From positions 21,082,001-21,146,000 of the forward strand of contig NC_087437.1 of NCBI RefSeq assembly GCF_036321535.1: a stretch of DNA of 64,000 nucleotides. Reading direction: 5' to 3'. Origin of the DNA: Camelus dromedarius (taxonomy: Eukaryota). The notes beneath the pieces were generated by a model. The model did no database searches. It saw nothing but the letters and a program-made list of their open reading frames with translations, and was not told where the DNA came from. The translations under genes and the position numbers were made by a program. This document shows, piece after piece, positions 13,841 to 26,962 of this stretch. Positions within the stretch are counted from its first letter, which is position 1; every line of letters begins with the position of its first letter.

Positions 13841-15234
13841 GATATCGCCCATATTGAAGACTCAGTTTTATATCATCATCCTCTTCACCTCATTGAAAAA
13901 CTATTTGAAGCTTGTCTGCAGATGTCCTACTCCATAGAGTCTCTCGTTGGAAAACATTCCTTGGCTCTTTTAGTTACAATCTTCATTGGGGATGTCTTTT
14001 CAGACCAGAACATGTTTCAGAAAGACCTGCAAACGGCTGCAAGGCCAGTGCTCACTGAATGCCCTACATCTAGTGCCGATGAATTTCACACCTGCTCAAC
14101 CCCAGGAAAACCTCCTATTCCCTCAAAGCATACCTCAAGAAGAAACTCCCTCTTTCCCTGCCTGATGCAAGGGTCTCACTGCTTCCTCAGTGAAGATTTT
14201 GCCTCTTTTTTTCCACATGGACCTGGTCAGGACTGAAAGATGGTCAGAGAGAGCAAACAGGAGAGGGGAGCTTCCCAAGAACTCGGCTGGGGGACGTGGG
14301 CCTGGGAAGGTGGTGGCGGCGGCTATCTCAGGGTCCACGGTCCTTTTCTTATCCTTCCAGTCAGTGCTGGAAGAAAAGACACACAGGTGTGGGGGAGAAG
14401 TTATTTGAGGCCAAGGTCAAGCAAACTAGCTATAGTAGCAGCATCCCCTAGCAGCCGAGATCCTGTGGTCTGCTGGGAGCTCCTTGCACTACTCCTAAGC
14501 CTCTGTTTGGGACCACTAGAGATGGGAAGGGCTTAAAGCTCTGGTTTGGGGGGTTTCTATTAAAGCCCACTGACCAAAGATTACCAGAGACTTACCTGCA
14601 GTTAGAGAAAAACGATGTTCCGTTTATTGGGCTTGCTGCTGCACAAGAGGATGGCCCCGGAGCCTCAGGAGATGGAACTGGGAGGAACTTCTCACAGGAT
14701 TCTCATAGGTGATTCTCAGGAGGATGAGGTGGGAGGCAGTCCTAGACTGGATGCTGCGAGGAAGAAGGGAGCATTTTGGTAACTGGACATGTAATATCAT
14801 CTAGAAAGCGGGAGCCCTGGACTTGGTTGTAACTGGTGAAGGGGCAACAGTCACTCAGACTCATCAGAAGAGGGCGTCGTCTGGTCACTTTTGTGTTTGG
14901 GGAATGGCCTTGCTCTGTCTCTCCTTGGAGGGTGGAGGCTCACCTGAACATTGCTTATGTGCATGTGGGGAAACCAGCGGCCTGGCTGCCAGCAGGGCCA
15001 GCTTTCATGTTTTCAGTTCAAAACCCCTTGTTCTTCTTGAGAACCCAAAGAGATTAATGTCATCATTTCTGGCCTCTATAATCCTGTTCTCTTCACAGCT
15101 GTTACTATGTCCTTTCAGAGACAGGTCAACAATAAAAATTCTAAATAAAATGATCCCAATCAAAACTGTGAAACGTGCCCATGGCTTCCTTTTCTAATTG
15201 TGTGATTGAATGTCTGTACATTTTCTGAAGATGT

Positions 15235-15845
15235 GTCAGCCATTCTGCTGTGGGTAAGAGAAATCTGGATAGCTTTGCCTTAAATAAACTGGGTGTTCCT
15301 TTCCTTATGTAAAGAGAACCCAGAGGAGGGCAGCCCCGGGGATTCAGCGGCTTCGTGACGCTATCAGGGACCCGACTCTTTCCATTCATCTTTTCACCTG
15401 TAGCACAGCTTAATCCAACATACACTTATTATTTCACACAATTTTTGAGAGTCGGGATTCTGGAAGCGGCTTAGCTGGGTGATTCTGGCTCAAGGTTTCT
15501 CATGAGGCTGCAGGAGTCCAAGGCTTCAGTGGGTTTGAAGGTCCCCACTTCCAAGGTATGTCACTCGCACAGCCCTTGGCTGGAGGCCTGGGTTCCTCAC
15601 CACGTGGGCCTTTCCCAGGGCTGCTTGTGCGTCCTCCCCACATGGTGGCTGGCTTCTCCCAGAGCCAGTGATCCAAGAAGGTGAGCAAGGAGGATGTCAT
15701 GATGCCCTTTGTGACCCAGTCACACACCATCACTTCCACCATATTTTATTCGTTACAAGTGAGTCACTCAAGGAATGAGTGATTAGGTCTTGCCTTTTGA
15801 AGGGAGGAGTAGATATATTTGTGGAGACATTTAAGAACCACCGCC
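15235..15845. mobile_element. MaLR (MLT1-like) LTR fragments
   Basis: 'ggcttagctgggtgattctggctcaaggtttctcatgaggctgcag', 'cacttccaccatattttatt' motifs. Confidence 0.6.
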
Positions 15846-16659
15846 TCAAGGGTGGACCACCCCTGAGTTATTCTGCCCCTTCTGACTTCACACCCTCCTC
15901 TGTATCTCTTCCCTCCTCTGCTCACTTTCCTTCTTTCCTCTCTTCCTTTTTCTTCTTCGTCATGATTTCTCCTGGGTTGCCTTCTCTCTGGCATATGATC
16001 CAGTAGCAGAACAGCTTCCCTCCCCAAAAGCCAAATTCACCTCAAAGCCCTTCTGAGATTCTGGTGGCTGCAGTCAGCAGGGAGCAAGGCACGCAGGTGG
16101 GGTGAGCTGATACCAATATTCATTCTGAGGGTCTGATTTTTTTTTTTACTACCTACTATGTAACTTATTTTTTATTGGAAGTATCTTGCATTCATGACAG
16201 ATGCTTTCTGGGTTTTGCCACATATTTTAACGTTAAAGGTTAAATTACTTTTTACATGCAAGTAGTGTGAATAGTTTTCCCCACATGGCGTCACTGATTA
16301 TAAAAAGATGACACACCACATGGATTAAGTGTAGAATCAAAAAGATCATGGAAATAAACACCTCACTCCTATGCATAAATCGAAAACCAAAACAACACTG
16401 CACTGCAAAATACAGATAATAAAGTTCAACAAATTTCTGACTTTTCCCAAAACTACTTTGCTAGGGTTTTTCTTGAAATATGAAATATCAAATTCTTCCC
16501 CTGCATTTGTTGTTGCCATTGTGTTGTCTCCCAGCTTTGCAGGAGCTCAAAACACATGCTTAGCCTCCCCGGTAATTCAGCCCTGGTGAGTCACACCTAA
16601 AGTCACACAAAGTGAAATGAGCTCCAGGTTGCCCAACTTACAAAGCTGCTGTGACTCAG

Positions 16660-17160
16660 GTTGCTAGTTAACGCCCAGTATCCATCTTTCCCTTCTTCTG
16701 TAAGTAACAGAAATTCCCATTTTTAGCTGGTCTCATGTCTGCTTGGAATAAATACCATATTTCCCAGCCTCCTTTGCTGCTAGGTATGATCATATCTGTA
16801 GGTCTGGCCAATGGAATGTAAGCAAGAGTGTCATACATGATTTCTGGGAAATGTCCTTAAAGGGAGAGAATGTGCCCTTCTTTGTCCAGTTCTCCTTCCT
16901 CCCTTCTATCTGAAATGGGAACAAAATGGCTGGAGCTCAGCAACCATTTTGGGCCGTGAGGTCAAAGTCTCATACTGAGGATGGCAGAGTAATAAAATAG
17001 AAGAAGCCTGGATTCCTCATGACCTTGGGTCTTCTGTGGCAGCTCTAGACTGCTTACCCCTGAATTTCATTAACATGAAAGGGAAATGAACTTCTATATT
17101 GTTCCAACCAGTGTTAATGGGTTGCTGACATTCGCAGCTGAACCTAATCCTAGCATTACA
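16660..17160. mobile_element. MaLR (MLT1-like) LTR
   Basis: 'atttcccagcctcctttgctgctagg', 'tggccaatggaatgtaagca', end 'gcagctgaacctaatcctagcattaca'. Confidence 0.65.
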
Positions 17161-17714
17161 TTTCCTTTATGAACCTGCCCACTGTGCACAGGGACTCCTC
17201 ATCTTGTCTCTGATGATCTATTTAGTTTCTGACCCTGGTTCTGTCCCTATCCTCTTGGGCTCTGGCCTTCCTCATCATCCTCTGCTCCCCAAGCATCTGT
17301 TTGAGTCCTAGTCCGTGACCTGTAAGTGCGCTTCCTCATTTTACTCCAGACTTCTCCCTCACTCAGCCTCTGGTTATGTCTTAGGAAGTGGGACTAGGGC
17401 CCAACAGGGGAAGAGAAGAGGCTGCACAAAGCAGAAATAACCCAGGGGTGCTGACTCATTGGAAAGTCATGTCTGTTCAAAGAGAGGATTCCTCCTTGCC
17501 CTCCTTGACCTCCCCTGCCAATTTGATCACTTTGTGCCAAATTAGATCCATGTGGGTTTAAAATATACACTGAAAAAACTACAGCCAGTGTGGAGAAGTT
17601 ATAGGACTATTTTCCATTTGCAGTTTCCTGTGAATCCATTTAATCCAATTTATTTATTCATTCTTTCATTAAACATTTATTAAGAACCTATTCTATATTG
17701 AGAGAGAGAAAGGG

Positions 17715-18140
17715 AGGGAATTTATTATCTGACAGTCCTAGAGGTCAGAAGTCCCACATGGGAGCCACTGGACTAAAATCAAGGTGTCAGCAGGGCTGGG
17801 TTCCTTTATGCAGATTCGAGAGAATCCATTTCCCCACTTTTCCAGCTTCTAGAGGGTCGTGTCCCCTTCCTCCATCCTGGGAGCCAGCAACAGCTGGTTG
17901 AGTTCTCCTTGCATCTCTCTAACCTTTCTCCTCATCACACCTCTCTCTCTGTCACAGCGGGGAAAGTTTCCGGACTCTATTTTCAGACTCAGGCGATCAG
18001 ATTGGCCCCACCCAGATAATCAAGAAGAACAACCCTGTCTCAAGGTCTGCAACTTTAATCACACCTGCAAAGTCACTTTTGCAATGTAAGGTACCATATT
18101 CACAGGTTCCATGGATAGGGGCATGAATATCTTTGGGAGC
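17715..18140. mobile_element. MaLR (MLT1-like) LTR
   Basis: 'ctaaaatcaaggtgtcagcagggctg', 'gattggccccacccagataatc', 'cacaggttcc' motifs. Confidence 0.65.
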
Positions 18141-18499
18141 CCCCAATCCTTAAATTTACAAGCCCCAAAGCCACTGCCCACAGCAAGACTTCTTAAAATC
18201 TCTTTTTCTCCCCCATCCACGTCTTCCGAAAGCGCCAAATACTTTTGCATCTCTTTTCTCCGTATTCCCCAGAAGAACTTCCTGGCCCAGCCTCTGAGCT
18301 GCCTCCTTTATCCTGGCGCCCTCCTGTGATTGGGAGGGGAAAAAAATCGCAAAAAAAAAAAAAAAAAAAAAAAAAAAGGAAAGGAAAAAAGAAAAAAGAA
18401 ATCTCTGGAGTGGACAGGAGAGTCCTCTCACACTGGTTTCTGCTTGTTGCTGTGGGATGTAACCACCATGTATAACTCGGTTTCTCTGGGAAACCGTGA

Positions 18500-19150
18500 T
18501 AGGGGCTCGGGTGCGGTCCACAGCTGACCTCGCGCAGGCGAGTAAGAGACAGATATTTATCCTTCCGAAACTTCTGCCCCTTGCCCCGTAATTCCCCACT
18601 GATGACCAAGGACACGGGTCCCCAGCTTCTGTCCCTTTTAGACCTCATCCCTCGCAGTGCCATTGGCGCCCTGACCCGCAGCGAGGACACCTGGAGTTTT
18701 CCAGGTCCAAGGCCGAGTCCCTACGAACCTTGGAACATGATCCTTCCTGCCGTCATCCCCACCCCTCCTCCTCCTCCAGCCCCCGACTCTTCTCCCTCCG
18801 GCTCCACCTCCGCCCTTCGCTGCGACCGCCCCTGGTAGCCGTCTCCATAGCGCGCACCCGACGCGGGAAGCTGGCCCGGCGAGGGACGCGCGGAGACAGT
18901 GCGCCGGAGTGAGTGCGGGGCGCAGGCCTGGGGCGGGGGGCGGGGGGCGGGCGGGGTGAGGGGAGACGCGGCTCCGGCACCGCGAACGATGAGGCCCCTG
19001 GTTAGATACTCCAGACAGGCTGGGACCTGGGCTCCATAGAGATTGTGTTCGCTTCTCCTCCACCCCAGCGACACAGCCCCTCCCCACTCGGACATCCCCA
19101 GGGCAGGGGGGCCTGGCGCCCTGGGTACGGATTTCCGGCCTCAGTAGGTA
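18500..19150 (+). promoter_or_regulatory. CpG island, likely promoter and non-coding first exon of the LRR gene (donor GTGAGT at 18909-18914)
   Basis: Dense CpG and GC boxes (gggcgg runs 18930-18956) in an otherwise CpG-depleted window. A consensus splice donor lies 4.5 kb upstream of the acceptor at 23459. Confidence 0.7.
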
Positions 19151-19428
19151 ATGAGGATTCTTTCCCGAATCTGTTGAAATTGTTGCCTTAGAAGAGGGAG
19201 CAGAAAGCAGCCCCGCTTTGCCTTCCCTCTCCCTGTGCCCTGGGAGCCCACAGCTGTTGGGGCTGGGCTGGCTGGGAGCTCCTCCTCCTCTTCCTCCTCC
19301 CCCTCCCCCTCCTCCTCCACTGCAGGGCCCTCTGGCTCTGCTGTCACCCCCTCAGACCCACTCCCACCACCACATTTAGAAGAGTCAAGCCAGAGGAGCT
19401 GAGAAAACCTAGCATAGGGCAGAGTATC

Positions 19429-19942
19429 TGTTACGGAAACGACAGGCCAGTCAAGAAACAAGCACCACTCGGAGGGTTGGAGCACTCAGATGTTAAGCCA
19501 GCGGGCTCAGAGGGACTTCCGCTCCGAAGCTCTGAGCACATCCAAGACGTGCGCATGAGGTTTTAAAGGGTAAAGTACAAGCTTGGGGTATTCAGCCAAT
19601 AGGCAAGGAACAGCTTTAGCATCATTATCATCACAAAAGTGGAGGTGGGGAGGCAGCAAACCAACATTTCAAAGCCAGATATGTATCTCTGAAAATCCAG
19701 CTGGCTAGCAAAAAAACATAAACAGCAAACCAACACTAATTAACTTAGATTTACAAGTTAGTCCAGCAGAACTCAGATCAGTATTCCAATACTTAGACTT
19801 GTGAGTTATCTTGTTAGCCCAGCCCAGCCTCTCCTTCACATTCCTAGACATGTGAGTTATCTTGTTAGCCCAGCCCAGCCTCTCCTTCACATTCCTAGAC
19901 CTGTGAGTTATCTTGTTAGACCAGCCCAGCTTTTCCTTCACA
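19429..19942 (-). mobile_element. Intact ERV1-type solo LTR (514 bp) with 4-bp TSD TATC
   Basis: TG...CA termini, with TATC at 19425-19428 and 19943-19946. Orientation is inferred from the tandem enhancer-like repeats (U3) lying at the right end. Confidence 0.8.
19794..19942. repeat. Tandem repeat, 51-bp unit x ~2.9, inside the LTR
   Basis: Units 'tagac[t/a/c]tgtgagttatcttgttagcccagcccagcctctccttcacattcc' start at 19794, 19845 and 19896. Confidence 0.95.
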
Positions 19943-20199
19943 TATCTACTCCTTAGGCCTCCTCCTTAACTTCTCAGCCAATGACTCTGGCCTTGAGCAC
20001 CTAGGTAGTTGCCAGCCTGGGCCACACATTTACTCTGTATGGAAATGACATGAAGAAACGTTCATGATAAAATAGTAACCAAAAAACTCAAAATTTAAGA
20101 GTGTCTTAATAGAATGTTTATAGATTGTATGTGTGTATACTTTGTGCTTCTGTAAATACCCAGAAAAGGCTGATGAGAAATACTTCATATTGTGAATAA

Positions 20200-20595
20200 G
20201 TACCATCTTAGCTTGGGCTGCCATAATCAAACACCATGGACAACAGAAATCTATTTTTCCCAAGTTTGGAGGCTGGGAAATCCAAGATCAAGGTGCCAGT
20301 AATGTAAGCTTCATTTTGAAGCTGTTTCTCTTTGCCTGTAGGTGATGGCCACCTCAACAGCTTGGGGGAGGTGGGGGAGGTGGGGGAGGTGGAAGGGGGA
20401 ACAGGGAATGAGCTCTCAGGTATCTTTTCTTATAAGGACACTAATCCCATCATTAGGGCCCCACCCTCATGACCTCATCTAACCCTAATTATCTCACAAA
20501 GGCCCCATCTCCAAATACCATCACACTAGGGGGTTAGGGCTTCAACATATAAATGGGGAGGGGGGGAGGCTGCAAATATTCAGTCCATAACAGTA
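20200..20595. mobile_element. MaLR (MLT1A/MST-like) LTR
   Basis: 'ttggaggctgggaaatccaagatcaaggtgccag', 'taaggacactaatcccat', end 'attcagtccataaca'. Confidence 0.75.
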
Positions 20596-21120
20596 TCTAA
20601 TAGGTGGTACCTTAGAGTGGTTAGGAATTTGGGCCATGGAGCCAGACTGTCTGAATTTCAATCCCAGCTGCACCATTTACCAGTGTCTGCCCTTAGACAA
20701 ATCACTTAACCTCACTATGCCTCAGGTGTCCCACCTGAGCATTTACTACGTGCCAGGCTCTGTTCTTAGCATTTGTCATGCACTAACCCATTATTCCTCA
20801 TAATGATTCTTTGTTATCATCAACTACATGTTACTAATGAAAAAACTTTACATTTGTTATCTCATTTAATCTTTACAAATGTCAAAGAGGTCAATATCCC
20901 CATCATTTTTACAGATGAAGAGAATGAGTTTCAGGGAAGTGAAGCTGATTACCCACAATCACCCTGCTAATAATTGACAGGCACAGGATTCAAACAAGTT
21001 CTTAACTGGAAGCCTGGGCTGCCCTCTCCCCACCCGCACAGTCTCCCATGATGCCATGCAGTGTTTGCCAATTGCCCAATGATAAGCATCACCTGAGATG
21101 CTTTCCAAAAATAGTCTTGG

Positions 21121-21531
21121 TAAGCAGAAAGAGAAAGAAAAATACCATATGGTACCACTCATATGTGGAATCTTAAAAAAAAATGACACAAATGAACTTA
21201 CTTACAAAACAGAAACAGACTCAGCAGACATAGAAAACAAATTTATGGTTACCAGGGCGGAAAGGGAAGTATGAAGGGATAAATTGGGAGTTCAAGATTT
21301 GCAGATACTAAGTACTATATATAAAATAGATATACAACAAGTTTCTACAGTATAGCACAGGGAACTAGATTCAATATCTTGTAGTAACCTATAATGAAAA
21401 AGAATATGAAAAGGAATATATATGTATGTATATGTATGACTGAAACATGCTGTACACCAGAAATTGACACAACATTGTAAACTTACTATTTTTAATTAAA
21501 AACTAAAAAACTTAACATGCAAAAAATACAG
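21121..21531 (+). mobile_element. 5'-truncated L1 3' end with 11-bp TSD
   Basis: Similar to the 3'UTR of the L1 at 5400-5770. TSD aatagtcttgg at 21110-21120 and 21532-21542. Confidence 0.85.
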
Positions 21532-23489
21532 AATAGTCTTGGGAGTCAGTAGGCCCAGTGTGGTTTTCAGCCAGAACAAGTCCTTTCTTTCCCATCCCAG
21601 GCCTTATTTTTGTTCCATGTAAAACAAAGACCAGGCCCAAGACGGCAAATAGGTTTTAGGTAGCTGCCAAGTCTGGCTGCTCTGCAGCAGCTGACTGAAG
21701 CACAGCTGTGAGCAGAATTCTGGGACTACAGTGACGGCCATGGATGTAGGGACTGGCAGGGTAAATAACCATTGGTTTGCCCAGTAGTTTCCTGGTTTTA
21801 GCACTCAAAGTCCTGGGACCACTGGTCATCCTAGTGATGGCTTCCCTGGATCAGACAATCTGTATAGTCTCAACCAAAGCTATTACTATTGTGATTTTCC
21901 CTTATCCCAGTATCTGTGTCTCTACATTCTGTGGGGTTCACTCTCTCTTTCCAGAATGGTTTTCAGTAATGATGGGCTAATTTGTTATGCAGCAATAGGA
22001 TAGTAATACAAGTGTGATCTAATTTGAAAAGATGAATTACCTCCAGTAGCTCAATAGCATCTAACAGGTGTTGCTAGCTTTCCCTTGAAAATTTAAAATA
22101 TCCTGAAGTGCCCTATAAGTTTGTAGTGCCTCCAGGCACCTCAGCACACAGTTTGGGAACTGTGGTTCTGAGACATGAAGCATTTCTAGATATAAAGAGG
22201 GATATTAAATAATGGCAAAAGAGTAGATTCCCCCAGGAAAATTTATCAGTTCTAAACTTGCAATATATCTAGTAATATAGCTTCAAAATAAATGAAACAA
22301 ACATTTATGGATTAATAGCAGAAAGAAATTTACATTTATATACCTTTCTCAATAACTGGTAGAATAAGTGTATATAAAATTCAGTAAAGATAAATGTAAT
22401 AGGAAACCATTGGAGAGATTTAAGCAGAAGAGTCATATGACCTGATTTATGTTTCAAAAACATCACTTTGGCAACTGGGTGGAAAACAGACCTAAGCAGG
22501 GCGCACAGGCTGCTACAGTAATGCAGGTAGGAAAGTAATGGTAGTGGCAGCAAAGAAGTGGTATTCCTCCTGATGTCTGCTTTTCTCAACAGCCCCTGTC
22601 TCCTTCCGGCTTCACTGGAATGCTCCACCAGGCTTGGATTCAACAAGGAGAGCCACTTCTAATGTAAGATAATAAACACATTTTTTTTTTTGACAGTCTC
22701 TATCTAGAAACTTTGTCAAGTGGGAAAACTCTAATAATTCCCATAAACCTATGAACCCAGTTCAGAGACCCAACTGTTAAATTAAGTTATCACACCCTGA
22801 GACTCTCCGAGGCTGGACAATTAAAAGGACAAAATCAGTACTGATTCTTGTGGCCAGAACATCAATAATAATAATAAAGTTTATTGAGCACTTCCACTAT
22901 GTGCCAGGCACTGTGCTAAGTGCTTTATAAACTTATCTTACTTAACGCTTAGGACAACCGTAATCCATTTTACAGATAGGGAAATAGAGGCTTGAAGAGT
23001 CTTCATAATTTATCTAAGGCCACCCAATGAATCACATAGTGGAGATAACACTAAAATCCAGGTCTGTTCCCCTCATTCTTAATCACTATAATATACTGCC
23101 CAGCAAGAACTATGTCTATGAAGAGATTTACTCCACTTTTAAATCATATGTCCTTGGAAATATTTGTACCCACTATTAATGTTAATTATGTTCCTTTATA
23201 ATTAAGTTCCATGAGTACTGCTCCCATTAAACAATCTAAAAAGAACCTGGTTCTATGAATATAGAAGTTGCAAATTGAAAAATTCTGCTCAACTATCTCT
23301 ATTTTGATTCCCTACTCCCATTTTAAGATTAGTGAAGCACTTTACGATTTTCAGAGAAGGGTGTGCAGCAATACTTGCCAATTTTTAGTGGGAGAAGTGT
23401 GATCTGCTCCTTAAAAAGACATCTGTGTGTTGAGTTTCACGGCAAGTTACTGTCTTCAGAATCCAAGTGTAATCTAACACTATGAAACG

Positions 23490-23669
23490 ATGCCAAGAGA
23501 AAAGGAAGGAAATCGAAAAACTAAAGGAGCACCCCTGCCCATCGTTACAACTCTTCAAAAGTTCCTGAAAACATATGAGAAGCATTGTGCCCAGACTCAG
23601 ACGTCCGTGTGTCCGGCCATCAAAAGGGACTTGAAAACCAGTATCAACAACGAGCAGATTCTCAGCAAG
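23490..23669 (+). CDS. Uncharacterised RI-type LRR protein, coding exon 1 (exon begins 23460)
   Basis: Acceptor ttcag|23460, in-frame upstream stop TAA 23475-23477, ATG 23490 with A at -3. 60 codons MPREKEG...NEQILSK. Donor AAG|gtaagt, phase 0. Confidence 0.8.
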
Positions 23670-25374
23670 GTAAGTGTATCCTCTCCTTCCCTGAAATGAA
23701 CTGATGAGTTTTCTCCCAAGGAACACAGGTCCTCAGTCCCCTCCAGCCCAGAACTGGTGGTTCCTGCCTGAATGACATCCAAAGCCTGTCTCTGGCACCA
23801 AGATCTGCTCAGCAATTCTCCTGTCTTCCCAGTCCTATTTCTGAATCTGCCCATCCCAGTCCTTCCAACAGGGCTGCCTTTTCTCACACCACTTCACCTC
23901 TGGAATGGCCAACCTGCCCCTCCTCCCACTCTACCTCTAAGAGCCCAGCTCAAAAGCACCACTTCTGTCATCACTCCAAGACCTCCCTCCCCAGCACTCC
24001 AGCCACCCGACCTGACTCTAAGAGAATGTCTTCTTGCCTTGACAACTGATGTGTCCCTGCCATCAGGCCAGACCTGCACACATCCACATCTCCCATCTCA
24101 CTTGGAGTGAGGTCAGCAAACATATAATTGGGATTTCAGGAAAAAATCTGATGTATCTTTTCTGAGATTAAATCCAGGAACTGGATGAGAGGGGGAAAAA
24201 AGAGAGACCAGCAGTGAAATAAATGGTCAACTCATGGGAAGAGGCACCTGAGAGACCAGAAGAGGGAGCCTGGCACCCAACAATGGACTGCCCGGCTTTA
24301 CAGCTTTTCTATCACCAGCCCAGAAAGACAGTCTATGTTTTAATAATCACATACCTACTAATTTCCTAAAATGCTGAGTGTTAAACAAGACAACAAATTA
24401 AACAAAATAATTAGAGATGGGTTGTTTAAAAAAAATCATTATTTTAAGGTGACTTTGACAGAAATCCATTTCACCCATATTTTCCTAAATGTTTTTGGGG
24501 GATAGAAGGGTGATGACATTGCACCCCGCACAAAAAGAACCTCCTGAAGTTCCTCTTTAACCATCTTTCGCCTGAACTTCCGTTTCCCAGAGCAGCTGCC
24601 CTCCCCCCTCCTCCCGTCCTGTGCCTTCAGCCTCTCCCTCTCCACCTCTTCTACTCTCCTCTCCCCTCTGTGCCCTCCTAGGTCTCTCTGATTCCTTCTT
24701 TTGCAGTAGCTTCTCCCCCGCACATCTCCCAGCTCACCCCAATGGAGGCCATCTTTTCTTGTGGTAAAACAATCACTAATTAATTTTTCCTATGGTAGTA
24801 TTTATAATTAGCCTCCACCACTTAATCATAAGGGTTAATCATAAATCTTGTTCAAATCTATAACCTCGTCAGCAATGTTTTCCATTAGAAATATAATTAA
24901 CATCGTGACCCAGTTTATAAGTACTGTTATGAATCAGTATGACCATAAGAGCTGTTTCTGTTGGGCTGGTTGCTTTGGTTGGGTCTCTGTTTTGATTTTG
25001 AATGTCACTCAAATAAAAGTCTCATGAGACAATTATTCCTTACTGCATAGGATACACTCACATAACTTCTCTTTTCTGTTTCATTAAAGAAAAAAAAAGT
25101 AAGCTGGTTGCAACCCACTAAACTGATTTCCTGACCCAATAATGGCCATGCTGAAAAAAATCTCTGCCCTATGGGACTTTTCATGGAGCTTTGCACAGGG
25201 CAGGAAGTCCCAAGTTGGTACTGAATTATCACCCCAATGCACACCTGATCCAAAGTCAGTAACAATCTTAAATGTTCTTCTGACGTTGTCTAATGACAAT
25301 ACTCTTTCTCCACATATTCGGATACATGGCCCTCTCTTTACGATGCCCACCTATAGTTTTTTCTTCCATTCCAG

Positions 25375-25527
25375 TTTGTACTTGTAAGACCTGATGATTC
25401 CCCACCAAGCATCCTACCAGTTTCCTTGGAACCTCTGCTCATGACCGTGCAGGATGAGTGTTACATGCTGGGGAGAGAGATCTCCATCTGGGGCCTTCAA
25501 CTGAGCAACCCAGAGGTGGCCAGACTC
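25375..25527 (+). CDS. LRR protein coding exon 2
   Basis: Polypyrimidine tract + ccag. 153 nt open: FVLVRPDDSPPSILPVSLEPLLMTVQDECYMLGREISIWGLQLSNPEVARL. Donor gtgagt, phase 0-0. Confidence 0.85.
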
Positions 25528-26671
25528 GTGAGTCATGTGTTTTAAAAAATGAAAATTGCAGACATTTATAAACACAATAGCTAAAGCTTCATCTCACTTC
25601 TTTTCCCCCAGCTACTTCCCAGAGGTACTACCAGCCTCGAGCTGATGTGTAACAACCCCATGCATGTTTTTACACTTGTATTACATGTGCATGTATGTTT
25701 TTACTTACATGCATGACACTGTACTTTGTGTATGATTTTGCGACTTACTCTTTTATTCACATTATGTTGTCAAAATGTCTCCTTGTTCACTAATTTTGAC
25801 TGCTATCGTATCACACATAACCTTTATCCTTGAATGATAGTTTTGCTGGATATACACTTATAGATTAATCATTATCATTTTTTAATTGAAGTTCCACTTT
25901 TGTGAACATATATAGAACTTCACTTTCGGAAAGGGCAATCAGATCATTCAGATCAATCCTTTCACTGAGGACAACAAGAGGAACTAAAATACACAGTATG
26001 GGAGGCAAAGAAGCTTGATTCCTACTTCACATTATACCCCAGAATCAATTCCAGATGGACTACAAATTTAAGGCAAAACAATAAAGTTTCCAGATGATAA
26101 TAAAGGAAAATACCACCGTGACTGGGGTGGAGAAAAACTTCTCAAGCAGGCACAAAAAGCACCAACCATAAAAGACTGATAAATTGGACTCCATTACAAC
26201 TAATGTTCAACAAGAGTTACCATTAAGAAAGTAAAAAGGAAGCCACAGACCTAGAAAAGATATGTGCTACATATATAACCAAAAAGGTTCCTATGCAGGC
26301 TATATAAGAAAAAGAGAAATAATCCAGTAGAAACATGATCAAAAACTTGAATAGGCATTTTACAAAAGAAGATATCAAGCAGCCAATAAACATATAAAAA
26401 GATGTCCAACTTCATTAGGAATGAGGAGAATAAAAATTAGAAACATGAAGAGATACCACTACATAGCCACTGGAAGAATGAAAATAAAAGCAGATTACCA
26501 AGTGTCAGTGAGGATAGGGAACAACTGAAATTTTCATACACTGTGATGGGCGCATAATTGGTACATCTGGAAAACTGTATTGAAGTCTCTACTGATACTA
26601 AAGTCTACGATCCAGCAATTCCACTCTATAGTCATATACCAAACATAAATGTGCGTGCGTGCGTATGCATG

Positions 26672-26673
<2 letters not shown>

Positions 26674-26721
<48 letters not shown>
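26674..26721. repeat. (GT)n microsatellite
   Basis: Uninterrupted GT run of ~24 units. Confidence 0.95.
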
Positions 26722-26722
<1 letters not shown>

Positions 26723-26962
26723 GGTGGGGCTGGGGGGCACCAAGAGACATACACCAAATGTTCCTGGAAGCTTTAGTCAAAATAGCCAAGAACTGGAAGC
26801 AACCAAATGTCTATCAACATAGAGTGGATAAAGAAATCATAGCATATTTATATAGTAGAGCACTATATAGCAATGAAAATACACTAACTACAGCTATGCA
26901 AAAATAAGATATGACAACTCTCACTAACATAATGTTGTACAAATGAAGAGAGGATACATACT

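Noticed and set aside
18156..19485. Multiple overlapping Pro/Gly/Arg/Glu-rich or poly-Phe/Lys ORFs
   Set aside because: Explained by the stop-poor CpG island, the poly-A run at 18352-18400 and a CCT-rich tract. No domain signal.
19705..19941. Minus-strand ORF with 17-aa repeats, and the CRISPR-like look of the 51-bp repeats
   Set aside because: These are contiguous tandem units with no unique spacers, inside an LTR of a mammalian genome. The ORF arises because the unit length is a multiple of 3.
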